A DNA stretch of 64,000 bases, from assembly GCA_018649885.1 (NCBI GenBank), contig JABIHA010000036.1, positions 1 to 64,000 on the forward strand, in the 5' to 3' direction. Positions 60,830 to 64,000 of the stretch are shown here, in pieces; position 1 is the first letter of the stretch, and each line of letters opens with the position of its first letter. Under the pieces are notes generated by a model. It was not told where the DNA came from. It worked only from the letters and a program-made list of their open reading frames with translations, and made no database searches. This stretch comes from Bacteriovoracaceae bacterium. GTDB taxonomy: Bacteria; Bdellovibrionota; Bacteriovoracia; Bacteriovoracales; Bacteriovoracaceae. A program made the position numbers and the translations under genes.

Positions 60830-62332
60830 CTATCTGCAGCTGATTTGATTTTTATAAAAATATACATCTGGGCCAAAACCAGTGATTGTTTTAATATGTT
60901 TAAATGAACTTAAATAGAGGCCCATTATTCTTTTGGCCGTTTTGTATTGTTTTCCACCTGCGTTTTTAAAGTGCATATTTGAGGGTGTCATTTCAGTTAG
61001 CAGGTATGAGATGATGCCATCATATTTTTCTGGGAAAAATTGCCATTCGTCTGCAATGAAGTATTCAAAACACTTCGTTGGTGGATAGGCAGGCGGAATT
61101 AACATGTGGGTCATCTGGTATTGTTTTCCACTTGCAGGAGAAGGATAGTAGCACCCATTTATAGAGCCTACTAAAGATCCCGCTGGTACATTTTTAGCTG
61201 TCCACTCTTTTGCCAGTATTCTTGAATCTGTTAGGTAGTCTCTTCTGAAGTCGTTAATAGTTTTAGTGGCGGGCAAAAGTAAAAGTAGAGCAAATGTTAA
61301 GGCGCGAAACTTGGGGGTTTGAATAAAATGTTTAATTTCTCCAATTCCTGAGTCGAGAAATGGAATGGCCCAAGGTAATACAATAATGATATTTCGAGTT
61401 AATACCTTTGGGTATTTTCCTATCATGATAAAAACTAAAATAGGAAAGGATAAGAGTATGGCGGTCCTTTTCCAGTTTTTTTTAAACTCTTTTATGATAC
61501 CTAGTATTATCACAAGGCTAGAGGGTACACCCAGGCCAATAAGAAAAATTGCCATATAAAAAAGATAGCCGTTATCTGTACCATTGAAAGTCTCAGCACT
61601 ATAGTTTTCTACACTCCATTTTAGGTGACTTAAAAAGAGTTCCCATTTTGGTAAGATCGCATCATTGAGAGCTAGAAATGCCATGAGAAACACAATCCCA
61701 GAGATGATGATTTTTTTGATATATTTTTTTTCAACTAGGAATATAGAAAGCGAGAATGGGAGGACAAGGCCTAGTCCACTCCATTTCGTTGAAGCACTTA
61801 GGGCAGCTCCAACAACCCAAAGCGCAGGGCCTAGATTAGATTCAGGTTTTTTTATAAAATGAATGGTTCCAATCACTGCTAAAAGTGAAGATGTGAAAAG
61901 ATAGTGGTCTGGATAGAAAAAATGTCGGTGTCCCATTAAAAAGGGAGAAAAAAGAATGAAGAGGCAAACCTCATAAGAGCCTTTTTTAAAAGCAATAAAT
62001 GATAGAGGAATAGATATGGAACCTAGCAGGGCAACCCATACAAATCGATTGAGAACCAGGAAGTCTTCGTAGTTATTTGGAAAATTTGAAAAAAGAGATG
62101 TGAGCCTTGCAAGCCATACAGGAAATTTGAAATTTAAGGCACCCGACAAGAAGACATTTACAAAAATGCTTCCTTTTTTAAACATATTAAAAGCAGGTGC
62201 AAGGTACATATCTTCATCACAGAAAGTGTAGGGAGGCATTTGCTGAAATACACCCTTAAAACGAAAGGCAATGAACAGAGTCATGGTTAAGAGAATGAAA
62301 AAAAGTTCATGACGTTTAATTTTAGAAAACAC
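60830..62332 (-). CDS. ArnT/PMT-like (GT-C) glycosyltransferase
   Basis: DE motif after the first TM (CDEDMY), STKW, DSRILAKEW; GTG start. Confidence 0.7.
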   Translation of the reverse strand: MFSKIKRHELFFILLTMTLFIAFRFKGVFQQMPPYTFCDEDMYLAPAFNMFKKGSIFVNVFLSGALNFKFPVWLARLTSLFSNFPNNYEDFLVLNRFVWVALLGSISIPLSFIAFKKGSYEVCLFILFSPFLMGHRHFFYPDHYLFTSSLLAVIGTIHFIKKPESNLGPALWVVGAALSASTKWSGLGLVLPFSLSIFLVEKKYIKKIIISGIVFLMAFLALNDAILPKWELFLSHLKWSVENYSAETFNGTDNGYLFYMAIFLIGLGVPSSLVIILGIIKEFKKNWKRTAILLSFPILVFIMIGKYPKVLTRNIIIVLPWAIPFLDSGIGEIKHFIQTPKFRALTFALLLLLPATKTINDFRRDYLTDSRILAKEWTAKNVPAGSLVGSINGCYYPSPASGKQYQMTHMLIPPAYPPTKCFEYFIADEWQFFPEKYDGIISYLLTEMTPSNMHFKNAGGKQYKTAKRIMGLYLSSFKHIKTITGFGPDVYFYKNQISCR

Positions 62333-62546
62333 GAATAAATGATCTTTTGAAAATAGATTAGTTTTTCAAAAGATTAAGGTAAAAAAGAGCAAAAATCTAT
62401 TAGAATGACAGGTTGGTCGTGGCGCGCCGAAGTCTTGGTTTTGCATTAACCCCTTGTGTATTCTTTTCAATTTTTCACCCCCAATTTCTAGGCAATGTAA
62501 GGTTGTGAGAGTTATTCATTGGTCATTGTCACTTGCGGGGGTCGAC

Positions 62547-64000
62547 ATGTTGCACTTATTAGTAATATCGGTATTTTTTGGCATTTTTTCGAGTAATATC
62601 CATGCTCAAGATAGTAGACCTCTCACTAGCATTCAAAGAGTTTTTAGTCCTGTACTTGATTTGAGATTTCACAAATTGGGCACTGAAAAAGTGGGCGAGT
62701 ACCAAAACAAGTCTGGGGAAAAGCGGATTTATAGGGACGATCTTGAGGTTGCAGAAAAAAATGATTCAAAGAAAAAATCTCTCCTCCATATTGCTCACTT
62801 ATCAGATTCTCATATTATTGACGAAGAAAGTCCTGCCAGGTTTTGGAGATCAGGGTTTGTTAATGGCACGGTTTTTCGTTATCAAGATGCCTATTCTACC
62901 CATGTGCTCGATGCCATGGTTGGCACTATTAACCAGTTAAACAGGCACGCTAAAAATAAGAAACTGGATTTTGCTGTGGTGACAGGGGACTTGATCGATA
63001 ATTCGCAACGAAATGAGATGGAATGGTTTTTTCAGGTTATGGATGGAAAGGATGTGACTCCCAATAGTGGAGATCAAAGAGATAATCCACTGCCTTCCCA
63101 AGATAATCCCCATATTAAGTTTAAGGCCCAGGGCCTGGACATTCCCTATTTTATCACTCCTGGGAATCATGATTTGGCATATGATGGATTTATCACTGAG
63201 AAAAACCGCAGATTTTTTGGAGTTCCATCTCCTACTGCCACTAGGGCAAAATTTCAGGTGGCACCCAAATGTAGCCCCAGATATCCTATTCTTGCAGCTT
63301 GTACTCCATATAATCCACTACTACCCAGTGAGAAGGATCATTACTGGTCACTCAAAAAAAGGGCGATCGTGGGCGATAACAATAGAGAGAAAATATCGGC
63401 TGAAGATATCTACCGAATTAGTAGGGACTCAGATCCAATTAATGGGCATGGTTATGGCAATAAAGATGAAAAGCGAGATCATGGGCACTATAGTCGCCAG
63501 CCTGTCTCTCATATTCCGATTCAACTTATAAATATAGACACCTCTAAAGAGGGAACTCTCTCTGGTGTGATTACGAGAGATACAGTCAATAATTTTTTAA
63601 TTCCCTGGCTTGATGAAACAACTAAAAAAGGAAATGAAAAATTGGTGATTCTTATGTCTCATCACCCTTTGTCTCATATCCTACCGGGGAGAGGGAAAAG
63701 ATTATTCGAGAAAACTGTGAAAAAATATCCGAATATCTTTTTACATCTTGTGGGCCACGGGCATAAGCACGACGTTGTCTCCTATAAAGGAGATGAAGCT
63801 GGAAGTGGTTATTGGGAAATTCAAACGGCTTCTCTTATTGAATGGCCTCAGCAGGCAAGACTTGTGGAGGTGGCCCTAAGAGAAGATGGGGTTGGGGAAG
63901 TTATCACAACTGTAATTGATTATGGGGAATCAAACTCCATCGCCACTGACTCTAGAGCGCTGTCAATTTTGACTAAACAAATTCCAACAGCCCTCATTAC
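62547..64000 (+). CDS. Secreted metallophosphoesterase (TIGR03767/TIGR03768-like), runs off the window
   Basis: Hand translation from ATG 62547: signal peptide, LSDSHIIDEESPAR, TGDLIDN, PGNHD, SHHP, GHGH, WEIQTASLIEWPQQAR; absent from the ORF track because it has no stop in the window. Confidence 0.85.
   Translation, partial: MLHLLVISVFFGIFSSNIHAQDSRPLTSIQRVFSPVLDLRFHKLGTEKVGEYQNKSGEKRIYRDDLEVAEKNDSKKKSLLHIAHLSDSHIIDEESPARFWRSGFVNGTVFRYQDAYSTHVLDAMVGTINQLNRHAKNKKLDFAVVTGDLIDNSQRNEMEWFFQVMDGKDVTPNSGDQRDNPLPSQDNPHIKFKAQGLDIPYFITPGNHDLAYDGFITEKNRRFFGVPSPTATRAKFQVAPKCSPRYPILAACTPYNPLLPSEKDHYWSLKKRAIVGDNNREKISAEDIYRISRDSDPINGHGYGNKDEKRDHGHYSRQPVSHIPIQLINIDTSKEGTLSGVITRDTVNNFLIPWLDETTKKGNEKLVILMSHHPLSHILPGRGKRLFEKTVKKYPNIFLHLVGHGHKHDVVSYKGDEAGSGYWEIQTASLIEWPQQARLVEVALREDGVGEVITTVIDYGESNSIATDSRALSILTKQIPTALI

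Noticed and set aside
57994..62532. Identical GGTCATTGTCAC upstream of two genes (57994 and 62521)
   Set aside because: A single 12-bp match between intergenic regions is within chance expectation for AT-rich DNA of this length.
1..64000. Prophage, ICE or IS elements; tRNA/rRNA; the many short antisense ORFs in the track
   Set aside because: No integrase, transposase, structural or T4SS motifs and no cloverleaf or rRNA-like sequence were recognised. The short ORFs are shadows of longer genes.

Overview
This is an AT-rich bacterial window. The gene repertoire (TIGR02147-type regulator, many signal-peptide orphans, CglF-like motifs) suggests a predatory Bdellovibrionota/Bacteriovoracia-like organism, which is an inference. 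The centre (about 37.4-43.5 kb) is a complete plasmid-type replication/partition module: a 533-aa winged-helix Rep initiator, 21 copies of a 13-bp iteron in two opposed blocks with an AT-rich palindrome, a ParA with a small partner protein, and an upstream centromere-like A(G/C)T periodic array. GC skew appears to flip from C-rich to G-rich at the iterons. The flanks are ordinary chromosome-like genes with no integrase, phage or conjugation genes, so this looks like the working origin of a large replicon. Second highlight: a secreted 306-aa protein (6621-7541) reads as a patchwork of short motifs from unrelated conserved families (HU, L7/L12, subtilase, AAA ATPase, DJ-1, DUF11), and similar patches occur in an FG-GAP propeller. 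Also present: a 5'-truncated molybdoenzyme with its TorD chaperone, a DUF3604-PPIase-HupE operon, signalling genes, hydrolases, a modular family of secreted hydrophobic-hairpin proteins, an orphan RND pump and a GT2/GT-C glycosylation cluster. No rRNA, tRNA or CRISPR array was seen. All family calls are from motif recognition by eye, without database searches.
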